Made by a program: the position numbers and the translations under genes. Below are positions 38,030 to 50,437 of a stretch of 64,000 nucleotides of DNA, piece by piece. Origin of the DNA: Camelus dromedarius (taxonomy: Eukaryota); assembly GCF_036321535.1 (NCBI RefSeq), contig NC_087436.1:16554001-16618000 (forward strand), in the 5' to 3' direction. Positions within the stretch are counted from its first letter, which is position 1. Each line of letters begins with the position of its first letter. A model generated the notes under the pieces. The model saw nothing but the letters and a program-made list of their open reading frames with translations. It did no database searches and was not told the origin of the DNA.

Positions 38030-39530
38030 CGCAGGGGCGGGCGGGTGCACCTGCCGGCGCGCTGGGCCGCACCTGCCGCGCCGGGCCCTCCCCTCCTACC
38101 TTCCAGTAGCTCGTCCAGGCTGGTGACCTTCCGGCTGCCGTCGATGGTGTAGATGGTGCGGACGCCCTGGGGCAGGTTCACGTTGTCCGACAGGGAGCGG
38201 GTTAGCTCCATGAGCAGCGCATCGAAGGACCGGAAGCGGTCGCTGGAGATGGCAAACACCAGGCCTTTGAAGTAGCGGTCCCCATTCCGGTAGAAGCGCG
38301 CCTTCTTGGCCTTCTTTTCCGAGCTCAGGGCCTGCAGGGTCCGCGTGCGGTAGAAGCTGCAGTGGGCACTGTGCGCCGGGCTGGGGATGAGCCCGTTCCC
38401 CTTGGGGCCCGAGCTGCTGCTGCCCCCGGAGGAGCTGGGCGCCCCTCTCCGCGACCCCGGCCGCGGCCTTTTGTCCCGTTCCTCAAAGTGCTCCAGCTCA
38501 ATACTCCTAGTGCTGGCCATCACGGCGGCTCCGAGGGCGCCCCGCCAAACACGTCCCAGTCAGAGCCTCAAGGTAACCGAGTGTCGAGAGCCCAGGCGAG
38601 AACCGGTTCGGAGACGCCTCACAGCGAGGGGCCTTAAAGCGCCGGGACACCTGGCTCTGGCATCCCGCCCTCTCCTCGCAGGTGGAGCCGCGGAGGCGCC
38701 GGCCGGCCCGCGCCCCCTAAAAGTGGCCGCAGCGTCAAGCTGCCCAGCTCATTGTCCGGCGCGGCTCTCTCGGTGCCTCCCGCCCGCCGGGGAGCCCCAC
38801 GCCCCCAGAGGCGCCTCCTCCACCCGGCCGCGCCTCACAACTCCTGCTCGGGAGCCGGCCGGCTGCCGCCAAGTTGGGCCGCCCGAGGCTCGCCCCGGGC
38901 CCGCAGGCGCACACAAAGCTCGAGCGCCCGCCGCGGCTCGCGTCCGCCCGCCGCTCCCGGGAGAGCCGGTGGGGAGGCGGGGTGAGAAGGCAGAGGAGGG
39001 GGCGGGGCCGAGCCGCGAGCGTGGGAGAAGCGCCGCGGGCCCGTGGGGGCGTCGGCCCAGCCCCGGCCCGCCCACGCGCCCGGCCCGAGGCCCGAGAAGC
39101 CGCGCCGCCGCCTCGCTCGCCCCAGGCCCTGCCCGAGGGGTGACACGCGCCCGCTGGGGCTGGAAGCACCGTGTGCCGGGCCCGACCCTCCCACAGAGTC
39201 CGGCCCTAACGGGAAATAACGCAGCCCGCCTCCGCCGCTGCCGGCCGGCCCAGCCCACCCGCGAGCTTCCGCGCCCGGGGCCGACTGCGCCGCCAGGGCT
39301 GGAGCCGGCTTCCTGCCCGCCAGGGGATGCCAAGCCCCGGAGGGAGGGAGGTGGGCGACCGGGAGGGGGCCGGACTGGTCCGCGGGGAGGCTCTGCGGCG
39401 CGAGAGGAGCGGCTCCTCCTGGGTCCTAGGCGGCCCCGTCCGCCTGACAGCCACAGACCCGCGCCGCGCGCTGATGGGCGCAGCCGCGGCGCGCGCTCCT
39501 CCGCCTGGGAAACGGAGCCGCGCAGGCCAA
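38030..39530. promoter_or_regulatory. DCLK2: CpG island covering DCLK2 promoter, 5'UTR and exon 1
   Basis: Abrupt switch to very high GC with dense CpG, against CpG-poor flanks. GC box GGGGCGGGGC near 38999-39008. No obvious TATA. The TSS cannot be placed from sequence alone. Confidence 0.9.
38100..38520 (-). CDS. DCLK2: DCLK2 coding exon 1 (N-terminus and most of first doublecortin domain)
   Basis: Translates [22 protein letters not shown]...[32 protein letters not shown]...SLDELLEG, recognisably DCLK2. ATG at 38520 in strong Kozak context (GCCGCCGTGATGG). Donor AAG|GTAGGA with GT at 38099-38098. 421 nt, ends in phase 1. Confidence 0.97.
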
Positions 39531-40596
39531 AAAAACCACAAAGGAAGGAGATTCAAGGGCAGGGATCACATCCCTTAGCCAGCCTCCATATGAGGAGCCG
39601 AGGCCAAGCTAGGGCAGGAATCCGAAACCTGGCATTGAATTCGGACACACGATTTATTTTTAAAAGAAAATCTGGAGCTTTGTTTAAAAATCCTTTGATC
39701 AAACAATTTCTGTTGCAGATTCGCTAATACAGTACATCCAGTAACTTTGAATGAATGAATGATCAGAAATTATTGTTTTTTGAGGAATTTGTTTAATCAA
39801 CAAACGTTTATTAAAGCATGCAATGTGCCAGGCATTGTCTGTCACTGGGGATGCATTAGTAAAGGAAACAGATAACCCCTGCACCCCCACGCGCTTTACT
39901 AAACTTCAAGTGATACTTATTGTTGTCAATTTGAGCTGCTTATTAAGTAATGGGTTTGACATTTGTAAGCACCCATTGTACTGGAAGTCTTAATTTAGTA
40001 ATATCTGGTCAACAATAAAAACCTATTTTCCAAAGGCTTATGAGAAATAGTTACTTCCATTTTGCCGTCCAGAAAAGATGTAAGTGAAAGAAGTTTGGTC
40101 CTCATCTGACAGATGGACAAGTTACCCTGAAGCGTTTGGTTATTCAGCACCTGGTTCTCTGAGTGGCTCTAGAGAGCAAATTCAAACGGATCTGTAAGGT
40201 AAGAACATGGATACTTTTCTTGGAATGAACTGAGTCCTGGAAGAGCACCAATAAGAAGGCAGAAATACATGCAGTAGTTCTTCAGCTGTGAAGCTGCCCA
40301 TGCAATGAATGCCCCAGAAGACTCCGGCTCAGTGCACTCAGGGACACAACTGGACATACCGGACTTCTAGGACCAGGACTAGAGCATGCAGGGAAATCAG
40401 GGCTGACCTGAGGTTTCAATACAGTTTTCCAGAGGGAAAATTCTGCAATATAATTAGGTCTGTGGCCATGACAGACCTCAACCCAGCCCAATTAGAATTT
40501 CTGGGATGGACTTCTCCAGCAGTATTTTTTGAAAGTGCTTCCAAGGTACAGCCAGGGTTTCCAACTCTACACTGTAACGTTAAGATTCAAATGAGT

Positions 40597-40768
40597 CAGT
40601 GCTGCTTCTCAAACTGTGGTGTACATACTTGCATTGGGGAAATCTCTAAAATGTAGGTTCTGATTCAGTAGGTCTGGGGTAGAATCTGAGATTCTACCTT
40701 TCTAATAATTATGCTCCCAGGGAATACCAGCATTTCTGGTCTTGGTACAACACTTTGAGAAACAAGGA
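40597..40768. mobile_element. MER5-type hAT-Charlie MITE
   Basis: cttctcaaact...ttctgattcagtaggtctggggt...ctgagattct...cactttgagaa. Confidence 0.75.
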
Positions 40769-40902
40769 ACTAAATGGCAAATTTCTTGAAATAAGGCCTC
40801 ATTATGAACTAGCAACTGCAGAGCCTTTCAACTTTGTAAATAACTTAAAATGGGTCTGTTCATTTGTTTTGCTATTACTGTTTTTTTGGGAAAAAACCAC
40901 TT

Positions 40903-41392
40903 TGTAATCTATCGCCATAGTAACAAATTATCCCACACCTAGTGATTGACGTCAATAAACACGTATTATCTCAGCAGTTTCTGTGGGTCAGGGATCTAAG
41001 AACAGCTTCCTTTGAAGTCTCATGAGATTGTAATCAAGATGTTGACTGGGGCTGCAGTCACCTGAAGGTTGGCTGGTGCTGGAAGAGCTGCTTTGGAGGT
41101 GGTCACTCACGGGTTTGGTAGGAGGCCTCAGTTCCTTGCTAGGAGCACCCCTCTGTAGGGTTGTTTGAGTGTTGTCACTGCATGTCCGCTGACTTCCTCC
41201 AGAGCAAGCATCCAAGAGAGAACATAGTGGAAATCAAATGTCTTTTATGATGTAGCCTTGGAAGTCATACACTGTCATTCCTTTAATAGCCTATAGGTTT
41301 TACAGGTTGGCCCTGTTTAATGTGGGAGGAGACTACACAAGGATATGAGTACCAGGAGTCAGGGCTCAATGGGGTCATCTTGTGGGCTGGTA
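40903..41392 (-). mobile_element. MLT1 (MLT1F-like) MaLR solo LTR
   Basis: taacaaattatccca...tattatctcagcagtttctgtgggtcaggg...ggggctgcagtcacctgaagg...gccttggaagtcatacactgtca...tgtgggagg...accaggag. Confidence 0.8.
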
Positions 41393-44300
41393 GGATGAAG
41401 TTCAAGCATTCAAGCTTTAGGACATATACACATATACACATATGGCCTAAAGCTTGAATCTCTTCCTTCTTTCATTTAGAAGTTCCTTGTCCTAAGACTC
41501 TACCATGTATGAATTCTTTGAAAATTTTGTTAGTTTCACGTCTATGGACTTTATTCTGAATATTAAATATACTAAGGATAATGATATCTGATACTCAGAT
41601 TTGTCTTTTGAAATTGTCTAGTGTTCTTTACTTGTCTGTCTTCCACAAGTGTGCAATTAAAAAACATCAGCGATCTCTAAACTTTAAACAATTCTTTTAG
41701 ACCAAAATTAAAGAAACAGTTGGTAGTAATCTAGCTTTTGTTCAGTAAGAATAAGTGTTTGGTAAAGCTTCATATTTTTCTGGAAAACTGAAAAATTACA
41801 TTATACTAATTTGAAGAAAGTATCTCAGAAACTTTTGCATAGCCAGATGCCAAAAAAAGACATTTCTAGCACAGGGGACTCAGCTTTATGCAATGCTATC
41901 ACTATAACATTCCCGTAAAAATAATTGGATTTACAGACTGGTTGCAGAATACAAATTAACTGCTGCCTTTAAACCAAGACACCTACCTGTAAGGTGGACA
42001 TATAAGCTCTATTAATTTTGTTATTAAACATACCTTCACTTTACTCAGAATTTTCAATTTGCTAAAAAAAATGTATCAAATAACATTTGGGAAAATATTA
42101 CTTTGGTATGATTTGTTTTCTTTTGAAAGTACATGTTCACTGAGGGATATCACTTATGTTAGAAATTGACCAAAAAAAGTTCTCAAAGATTCATGAAAAA
42201 AGTTTTTCACCCTTCTTAAATAGTTAATCCAAGGCTATAATATACTAGTATTTTAACACTATTTCCTAACTTTATATCCCTAAATTAAGCAAAGATTACT
42301 GCTTTTTAGAGAGGTGCTTTAGAGGGGAGGGGAGGAGAAGAGAAAGTATTTCCAAAGCTATTACCTAATTTTAAGAATTGTTTTGCTCCTGCTCTTCACA
42401 TTAATTTGTTTGAAGAACTTTATCCCTGACCTTCATCTAAGAATTAAGATGCAATCAGTTTTCATAAGATATTTGCTTAGCTGAATATGGTATATCTCAA
42501 GACCTAGTTGGCCAAAATTTGAAGATTTATTGGGGTGGAAAAAATTAGTTTCAGCATTGCAATTCTAATGCAAGCAAAATTTGGGAGTTCTAGGTAGGCA
42601 ACTATAAATTAATTTGGGTTATTTCATGATTTAAAATTTATAGAACCAAAGGAAGTTGTCCCCTTCCAAGGGATTGCAGAATTTGCAGAGTAAGATACTT
42701 CAGCTGGCATTTCCTTTGTTGAGATGCCCCCATTTTTTTTCTAACCAGGAAACACTTTCTGATTTGCTAATCATTCATCCTTCCAGAGATGGTCTAATTC
42801 TCCTTGGTGGTTGCTATCTATATCCTCTAGGTCATGCTTCTAAGGGCTTTTTTAGGAGGGCCTGGCCCTGCTTCTTAACCGCCTGGAAGCCCACCTTGAC
42901 CTCTGCTCCCTGTTGGTTGTGACTTCTGTATACCCTTTGCTAACCCCTCTTAGCATAACACTTGTCTGAGCAAAAATGTTTGTGCAGAGTGCTTTAAAAA
43001 TGGCTTCATCCCTACTCTACAGAGAATCCAAGAATTTCAATCCAAAATCTCCATTTTTTGCATGATTAGAAAGGACTTGTTTCTGCTCTTGATATATCAT
43101 AATTGTCAATCACAAAACATTGAGAGCGTGTGAAAAATTTCCTGATGATATCCAAGAAGGACCTTCTAAAACCCACTTGTGGCAGAAAAATTCAAACCAG
43201 ACTTGAAAGAAAGGTAATTGTTCTTTGTTCTCTACACTTCTCTTTAGCTCTCACAGACCAGCAATTTCATCTTAAAACTTTAGGACTGCCTTTAGCCAAG
43301 TGGTAACTCCCTCCCCCCTCCACTCCTCCACCTCCACCTTGATTAAGAAATACAGTGTACATTTTTATTTGGCATAATTTGTTTCAATGAGATTTATTTA
43401 TTCCACACTTCATTGTGGAGCTTTACCTAAGAAACTTGCCTTGAACATCTCTTGGTTTTACTTTACACTACTTCCCTTCTCAAATGCATTGGCGAGTCTT
43501 CAATTTTGGCCAGAAGCTTCTCCTTTAAAGGCAGTTTTCCAGCTACTCCATTATTTATTATACAAAGGGTGCTTACAAACCTTTTAGACCGCACTGTGCT
43601 GAGACTTTCTGCTGTCTCATGTTTTAATTTCTGTTCACTGCGTGCCAAGCATTTCTCCCAGAAGCAAAAGTGATGAAGCAACTGTTTTCAGTGAAAGGGC
43701 CTGGTGACCATGAACTTGAATTTTTTGAAATTTAGCATTATTTTTAAATTTTATAATCTTAAGTGATTCTAAATTCTAGGGTTTTCTGTCAAACTTTAGT
43801 GGGAAAGGTTATAAAGCCAAGACGTTCAGAAAGAGACTTTCTCCCCCTACTTTATAACCTATACCCAGACCTTGAGAGTTTCACTGTCTTTTTCAGCCAT
43901 GATTTTCTAGCATTTTACAAATATAATGACTTCTTGCAAATATATATGAGGGAATGATTAAAACTACCCTCTCAGGTTCAGAAAATTGGTTAAGTCTTTC
44001 AAAAATTTTAAGTTTAATTTTTTTATGAAAAATCAGATGAGTGGAAGAAAAATTGAAATATGCATGCTTTAAATGTATATACCACACAAATACTTTTTTC
44101 CTATGAGAAAATTAGTTTAATAGTTCTCCCAGTAGTTCTGTTGATCCATTTCACTTCCATAAAGTCTCTAGTCAGAGGCTCCCACTTCGGATGTACATTC
44201 CATGTATTCAAACTTATATTCAGTTATTTTGTCATTTACTAGTTCAGCTGCAATAATTGTTAAAATAAAAAGAATAAAAACATTAAAATTATAAAGCCAT

Positions 44301-45483
44301 CTTTTTCTTAGAAATTTGACTTTTTTTCCCCTTAAATCTCCCTAAGAAGAAAATGTAGGCAGGTAGTAATATCCCTGCTTTCCAGAAAAGGGATGGGTAC
44401 ACATTCAGAGGCAAAACCTGTGATTTTCAGCAATTATTTGATTATTTGATATTTAATAATATCAAAAGTAAAAGGTCATGGAAAAGTGCTGTAGTACTCT
44501 CATTTTGTTTCTGTAGGATCAAATTTCTCAAACCCAATATAAAATTTACTCTTTGAATATAGGCTTTTTGCTTTGTTTAAAATTAAAAATGAATTACTGT
44601 GTTTATCTTAAAGTCATGATTTTAGTGGTTTTCTCTTCTAAGTAGCACCTTCCTTGCTGATTTAAATACTGAATGTTACAAACCGTGTTCCTGTCATTCT
44701 ATATATTAGATTAAAATAATGATGGTCCTGAGTACTTAAGATAATGAAGCTTTTATAATGATTGATAAGCAGCTATGACCTAGTTAAAGAAACAGATTAC
44801 AGACGACGAAATAGGAAAGATTAAGCAGCAGAGATAGAAATTGACTCCAGGATATGCTAACTCTAGAAAACGTTCATTTCAAGCTTTCAAAATTCATTAA
44901 TCACAAAGAGGTCTCTTTAGGAATTCATAGTTTAAAATGAATGACCTTTATACCTACAGTAGGTTTATAATGCCAATTAGCTGGTTATTTTAGGACAAAT
45001 GTTTTCCGCCCCATACATATCTTTAAATATTTAAGTTTTAAAACAATATGTTTATCTTATATACAGGAATAATGATACTATACAGATTTAGTCCTTTTAG
45101 TAAATCTATACTCATTTGCCTGTGCATTTACTATTTAAAAATAGCTTTTCCTTGATACTTCCCAGAGTCCTATCTGAAATAACTGATATTGATCATGACT
45201 TATTGTTCATACAAAAGATTTGATGTGTATGCATGTGCGTCTGTGTGTGCACCTGTTAGTGTTTGTGTGTGTATCCATAATATATATATATGTACACACA
45301 CATATAAAACATTGAAGGTGGAGAGGTATATGCATGTGATTACCTAATAATATGTATCTTAATGTATCTTAATGTAACTGATATGTTCATTTTTAATAGT
45401 TTAGTAACAATATAAAATTATATTTCTTTCAGTATTGCAGTAAATTATAATTAATTACTATTTGTTACTATTACTACAGTAAC

Positions 45484-46673
45484 ATAGGCAAATCTCAGAG
45501 ATATTTCAAGTTCAATTCCAGGCCACTGCAATAAAGCAAATGTCACAATAAAGCTAGTCACAGTAATGTTTTGGTTTCCCAGTGCATATAAAAGTTATGT
45601 TTATACTGTACTATGAGTTTTTAAGTGTGCAATAGCATTATGTCTAAAAAAAGTACATATATTAATTAAAAAATACTTTATTGACAAAAAATGCTGACCA
45701 CCATCAGATCCTTTACTGAGTCATAATCTTTTGGCTGGTGGAGGATTTGCCTCAATGTTGGTGGCTGCTGACTGATCAGGGTGGTGGCTGCTGAAGGCTG
45801 GGGTGGCTGTGGCAATTTCTTAAAATAAGACAGCAATGAAGTTTGCCACATCGATTGCCTCTTCCTTTCACAAATGAATTCTCTGCAGCATGCAATGCTG
45901 TTTGATAGCACTTTACCCTCAGTAGAACGTCGTCCAAAATTGGAGTCAGTCCTTTGAAACCCTGCTACGGCTTTATCAACTAAAGTTAATGTAATCTCCT
46001 AAATCCTTTGTTGTCATTTCAACAGTCTTCACGGCATCTTCACTAGGAGTAGATTCCATCCCAAGAAGCCACTTTCTTTGTTCATGCATAAGAAGCAACT
46101 CCTCATCCTTTGACGTTTTCTCATGAGACTGCAGCAATTTGGTCACATCTTCAGGCTCCACTTCTGATTCTAGTTCTTTTGCTGTTTCCCCCACATCTGT
46201 GGTTCCTTCCTGCACTGAAGGCTTGAACCCCTCAAGGTCATCCATGAGGGATGGAATCAACTTCTTCCAAACTCCTGTCAGTGTTGATATTTTGGCCTCT
46301 TCCCATGAATCACAAACATTCTTAATGGCATCTAGAATGTGAATCCCTTCCGGAAGGTTTTCACTTTACGTGGCCCAGATCCTTCACAGGAATCACTATG
46401 TATGGCAGCTGTAACCTTACAAAATGTATTCCTTAAATAATAAGAGTTAAAAGTCTAAATTACTCCTTGATCCATGGGCTGCAGAATGGATGTTGGCTTA
46501 GTGGGTGTGAAAATAATGTTCATCCTGTTGTACATCTTGTATCAGAGGTCTTGGATGACCAGGTGCATTTTCAATGAGCAGTAATATTTTGAAAAGAATC
46601 TTTGTCCCCCCCCCCGCCCAAGAAGTAGGTCTCAACAGTGGGCTTAAAATAGTCAGTAAACCATGTTGTAAAG
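45484..46673 (-). mobile_element. Tigger1 DNA transposon, 3' ~1.2 kb with decayed transposase
   Basis: TIR-like aggcaaatctcagagatatt at the left end. Minus-strand ORF remnants LMDDLEGFKPSVQEGTTDVGETAKELESEVEPEDVTKLLQSHEK and LSNSIACCREF...QTSLLSYFKKLPQPPQPSAATTLISQQP match the Tigger1/TIGD1-like C-terminus, with stops and frameshifts. Confidence 0.9.
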
Positions 46674-47249
46674 ACCTGAGAAGTACAATGTGGTGGCCCT
46701 GCTGTGTCTCCTACAGACGACTGCTTTATATTTAAATTAATTTTAATTCAAAGAATGTGTAAGCTTTGGATATTGGATTTGTTTTTGGAAAGGGTGAGTA
46801 ACAATAATCACCTTTTCTTTATTACTGATATGGTCAAACACTTTCCCTGGAGCAAAGCTTTACCTCAGCGTGGTATAGGTGGTATAGGTAAAGGTGGTAT
46901 AAACTTGTTTGCTAAAGTTAATTTAAAGTCCTCCAGCAAGAAACTCTAGTCAATCCCCAGATCCCTTTCAGTCTACAGTCCAATGTCAAGATTTTCAAAC
47001 AGAGATGATATTTAAATAAATTTATCCACATTCAATATCAGAAAAATCAATTATAATAGTTGAAGAAAGCCTTAAAAAGTTATTAATAAGGTTGCTTTAT
47101 TTGGAGCAAATGAATGATTAAGAAAAAACAAAAAAACCTCTGTATTGGATCCCCGACTGAATGGTATCAGTGAGCTCTGAAATTGCTTTCTCCTCTCTTA
47201 GTTCAAATTCTATCTGGTAGACTCAAAATAATCTTTACCCTAAATTTTC

Positions 47250-48275
47250 TGTCTTTAAAAAAATTTTTAACAACATCAAACTTACAGAAAAAAAAATGCA
47301 AGTTCAGTACAAAGCAATTTTTTCTGAATCATTTGAGAATAAGTTGCCAACATGATGTCTCATCATCCCTAAATAATGTACTGTGTATCTTTACAAATAA
47401 ACACATTCTCCTACGCAGCACGATGCAAGTATCAAAGTCAGGAAGTCAACGCTGATAGACTGCTACTACATAATCTTCAGAACCCATTCAGACTTTCCAG
47501 ATGTCCTAGTGATGTCCTTCTAAGCCAAAGGATCCAGCTCAGAACCATACCATGTGCTTCTCTGTTACGTCTTTTCAGTCTCCTTCACCTAGAACAGTTC
47601 CTCAGTCTTTCCTAGACCTCCATGACCTTGACACTTTTGAAGATTATAGGCCAGTTATTTTGAGAAGTCTCTCAGTTGGGTTTGTCTGGTGTTTTCTCAG
47701 GATTAGGCTTAAGTTATGCATTTTTGGTGGGAATGTCAGAGAAGTGATGCTATGCTCTTACTGCGTCATGTGGCGGGGCTTGATTTCCATTTGTCTCATC
47801 ACCCACGATGTTCCCTTTGACCACCTGACTTAAGTGCTACCTACTGGGCTTCGTCACTGAAAATTTACCTCTTTCCCCCTTTGTAATTAGTATTTTGTAG
47901 GCAGGCACTTTGTAACTTCTGTCAATGTCATATTCTTCCTCAAACTTTCAATTTATTAACTTATTTTGTCACTTTGGACTCATGGTGTCCTATTTCAGTC
48001 CATCACTATCATTATTTATTTTAATACTTAAAATATCCCCAATTTGGCCAATGCATTCAAGCTGACTTCTATGTCCTTTTGCTGTCCCCATTATTTATTT
48101 TTTTTAGCACCACCTCACTTTTGGCTATATGTTCTGTACTTTCTCTGCCCTAGCCCTGAAATCAGTCATCATTTTTCCTTTTGACAGAGAATGATATTCA
48201 GGAGCCAACATTTGGGTAATAGGTGTGCTCATTGCTACTGGGTTTCAGCTGCTCCTGGGTTTCTCCATGGACAGA
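47250..48275 (-). mobile_element. L1MC-type 3' end
   Basis: aaacttacagaaaa...catttgagaataagttgc...tagaacagttcctcagtctttc...catgaccttgacacttttgaagattataggccag. Confidence 0.75.
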
Positions 48276-48279
48276 CCTG

Positions 48280-48283
<4 letters not shown>

Positions 48284-48327
<44 letters not shown>
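48284..48327. repeat. (AT)22 microsatellite
   Basis: Directly visible. Confidence 0.95.
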
Positions 48328-48329
<2 letters not shown>

Positions 48330-49059
48330 ATCCATGTATCTTGAAAACCATCACTTCACAACACAGCCTCTGCCCCCTCACTGATGTCTTCCTCACCCCA
48401 CTCAGATCCCAGTGCCCGCCTGCGCTGGGCCACCTCCTGCATGGATTTAGATGCTCTGCACAGGATGAGTCTCCTGTGCAGACCCTCCTCACCCTGCTTA
48501 GGCTCTGATATTCCCCACGGGCCAGTCCTCCTACGTGTTGACTTTCTCACCCTGCCCAGACGCCAACACATGATGCCTGGCTGTCACTGCGGCCTCCTTA
48601 CCTGAATGCCTTCCTAGCCCTGCTTGGGGACAAACGCTCTGCTCTGGTCCTCCATGGCTGCCCCCTTGGCCCCATCTAATGGGACTGAATCATTTGGGAA
48701 GAAGACCTACTCATAGAGGAAGACCTAATTTTTTTTTCTTGAAGTTTATTTTATTCTCAGTGCGTCCTCTAGAATACAACCAACAGACCTCCAGTGAGCT
48801 GTCATTCTTGGTTCGCCCGGCAGCTCTCCCCACTGCGGTTGGTGGCGTGCCCTGATTTTTACTCTGGTGAATACTCTCTTCTGCTCTCAATAGATGTGTT
48901 TTAGCCAAGACTGACTTCACCCTTGCTCCAGGAGTGGGCATGTGTCTGAGTCCTGGCCAGTTGACCACATTCTCTTGGCCCTAGTGATTAGCATTACCTT
49001 TTAGTCTGTTGCTTTGACCAAAACCAAAACCAAAACCAAAACCAAAAAAAAATTATACA

Positions 49060-49680
49060 CGCATCCGTGACTTCTTTCTTTCTCTCATACCTCACATCCA
49101 ATTCATAAGCAAATTGCCTTCCTTCCAAATATATCCCAGATAGACCCCTTTTCCTCTGCCACTTACAGAAGGCTCCTGTTCTAAGCCATCCTCACCTCTC
49201 ACCTGATCTTCCGCACCCAGTCTGTCCTGCTATAGAGTGTTCTTCACACAGCAGCCAGAGTGGGGCTTTTAAGGCTTAAGACGGATTATGTCACTCTGCT
49301 TAACAGGCATCATCCACTTCCCCTTACACTCAGAACAATACCCAGTGTCCTTACACTATGGCCAACAGGGGCCTACATCAGGACCTACGTCACCTGGAGA
49401 AGTTATAAAACTAGGGGTGCCTGTGCCCACCCCAAGAGAAGCTGATTTTATCGACCTGGAGTGGGCCCTGGACATTGGTTTCTTTTAAAAACTCCCCAGT
49501 GATTCTAACATGCAGCCGGAGCAGAGAACCGCTGCCTACGTGATCTGGCCCCAGCTACCAGTCACAACTCACGTGTGTCACCCTAACCACCAGGCGCCTT
49601 AGCCAGCTGGGCCCCCCTGCTGTTCCTGAGCGTGCCACGCACGACCCCACCTCAGGGTCTTTGCATTGCTGGCTGCAATG
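49060..49680 (+). mobile_element. L2 fragment interrupted by a MER5-type MITE (~49375-49535)
   Basis: L2 motif cacacagcagccagagtg...ggattatgtcact; MER5 motif cacctggagaagttataaaa...ctccccagtgattctaacatgcagcc...gagaaccgctg. Confidence 0.65.
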
Positions 49681-49681
49681 C

Positions 49682-50437
49682 CTTCTGACACTAACCGCCC
49701 AGAATTAAGTCAAACTTCACAGGTTAAGAGCATAGTCCTCCATGAGTAGGGCTGCCTTCATTTCCAACAGCAGCCACAAGCTCAGGGGTTCCTAGCCTAC
49801 CCACACTTCTGATTAACTGGCTACAGGGGTCGCACAACCTTTTTGAGTTTAATTATTCACTAAAACGAGTTATAGAACTCAAGAAAGCACTGTAGTTATG
49901 ATTATGATTTTTTTTTGTAGCAAAAAGGATACAAATTGGTTCGAGCCACCAGAAGAGAAAGGCAAGGTCTGGGAGGGTCCCAGAGGCAAATCTTCTCCAT
50001 CCTCTCCCTGCAGAGTCAGGATGCACTGATGTGTAACAATATGCACAGAATACTGTTAACCAGGGATGCTTGCTCAAGATTCATTGTCTAGAGTTTTTAA
50101 TGGGATTTCACTATGTAGGTATGAGTGATTAAATCATTAGCTATACGCTTAAAGTCAATTTCCAGCCCCCCTCCCCTCTGTGAAGATCAGGCTGATATCA
50201 CGGGGGCTCAATTCCCCAACCCTATAATTATATGGTTGGTCTTTTTGGCATGGCCAGCCTCCACATGAGTCATCTCCTTAGCATACACTGGGGACCCAAC
50301 ATGAGTTACCCCATCAGCATAAACTATCAGGGTCCATCATCAGTGACAAAAGTACTCTTATTCCTCTGGAAATTCCAAGGATTTAGAGGTTACTTCCCAG
50401 GAGCCAAGGACAAAGGCCTGTCAAATTCTTTATTACA
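49682..50437 (-). mobile_element. MER21-like LTR
   Basis: ttctgacactaac...cacaggttaagagcatagtcc...agaactcaagaaagcact...aaggatacaaat...ggaaattccaaggatttagag...ccaggagccaaggacaaaggcc. Confidence 0.75.

Larger units (their letters stand above)
20594..38099 (-). other. DCLK2: DCLK2 intron 1 (17,506 bp, GT-AG)
   Basis: Lies between the exon 1 donor and the exon 2 acceptor; phases are compatible. Confidence 0.93.

Noticed and set aside
38002..38099. C-terminal extension of the exon 1 ORF (RRGGPGAAG...WGVF)
   Set aside because: Read-through past the canonical donor into intron 1.
38521..38559. In-frame CTG/GTG upstream of the DCLK2 ATG as an N-terminal extension
   Set aside because: At most 13 codons before an in-frame TGA; the CTG has T at -3 and the main ATG context is strong.
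38387..39727. 446-aa plus-strand ORF antisense to DCLK2 exon 1, and other overlapping ORFs in the CpG island
   Set aside because: Low-complexity Pro/Arg/Gly/Ala composition with no recognisable domain. Long stop-free frames are expected in very GC-rich DNA.
45678..46260. Tigger ORFs as a domesticated TIGD-like gene
   Set aside because: Only the 3' part of the element is present, and it is broken by stops and frameshifts.
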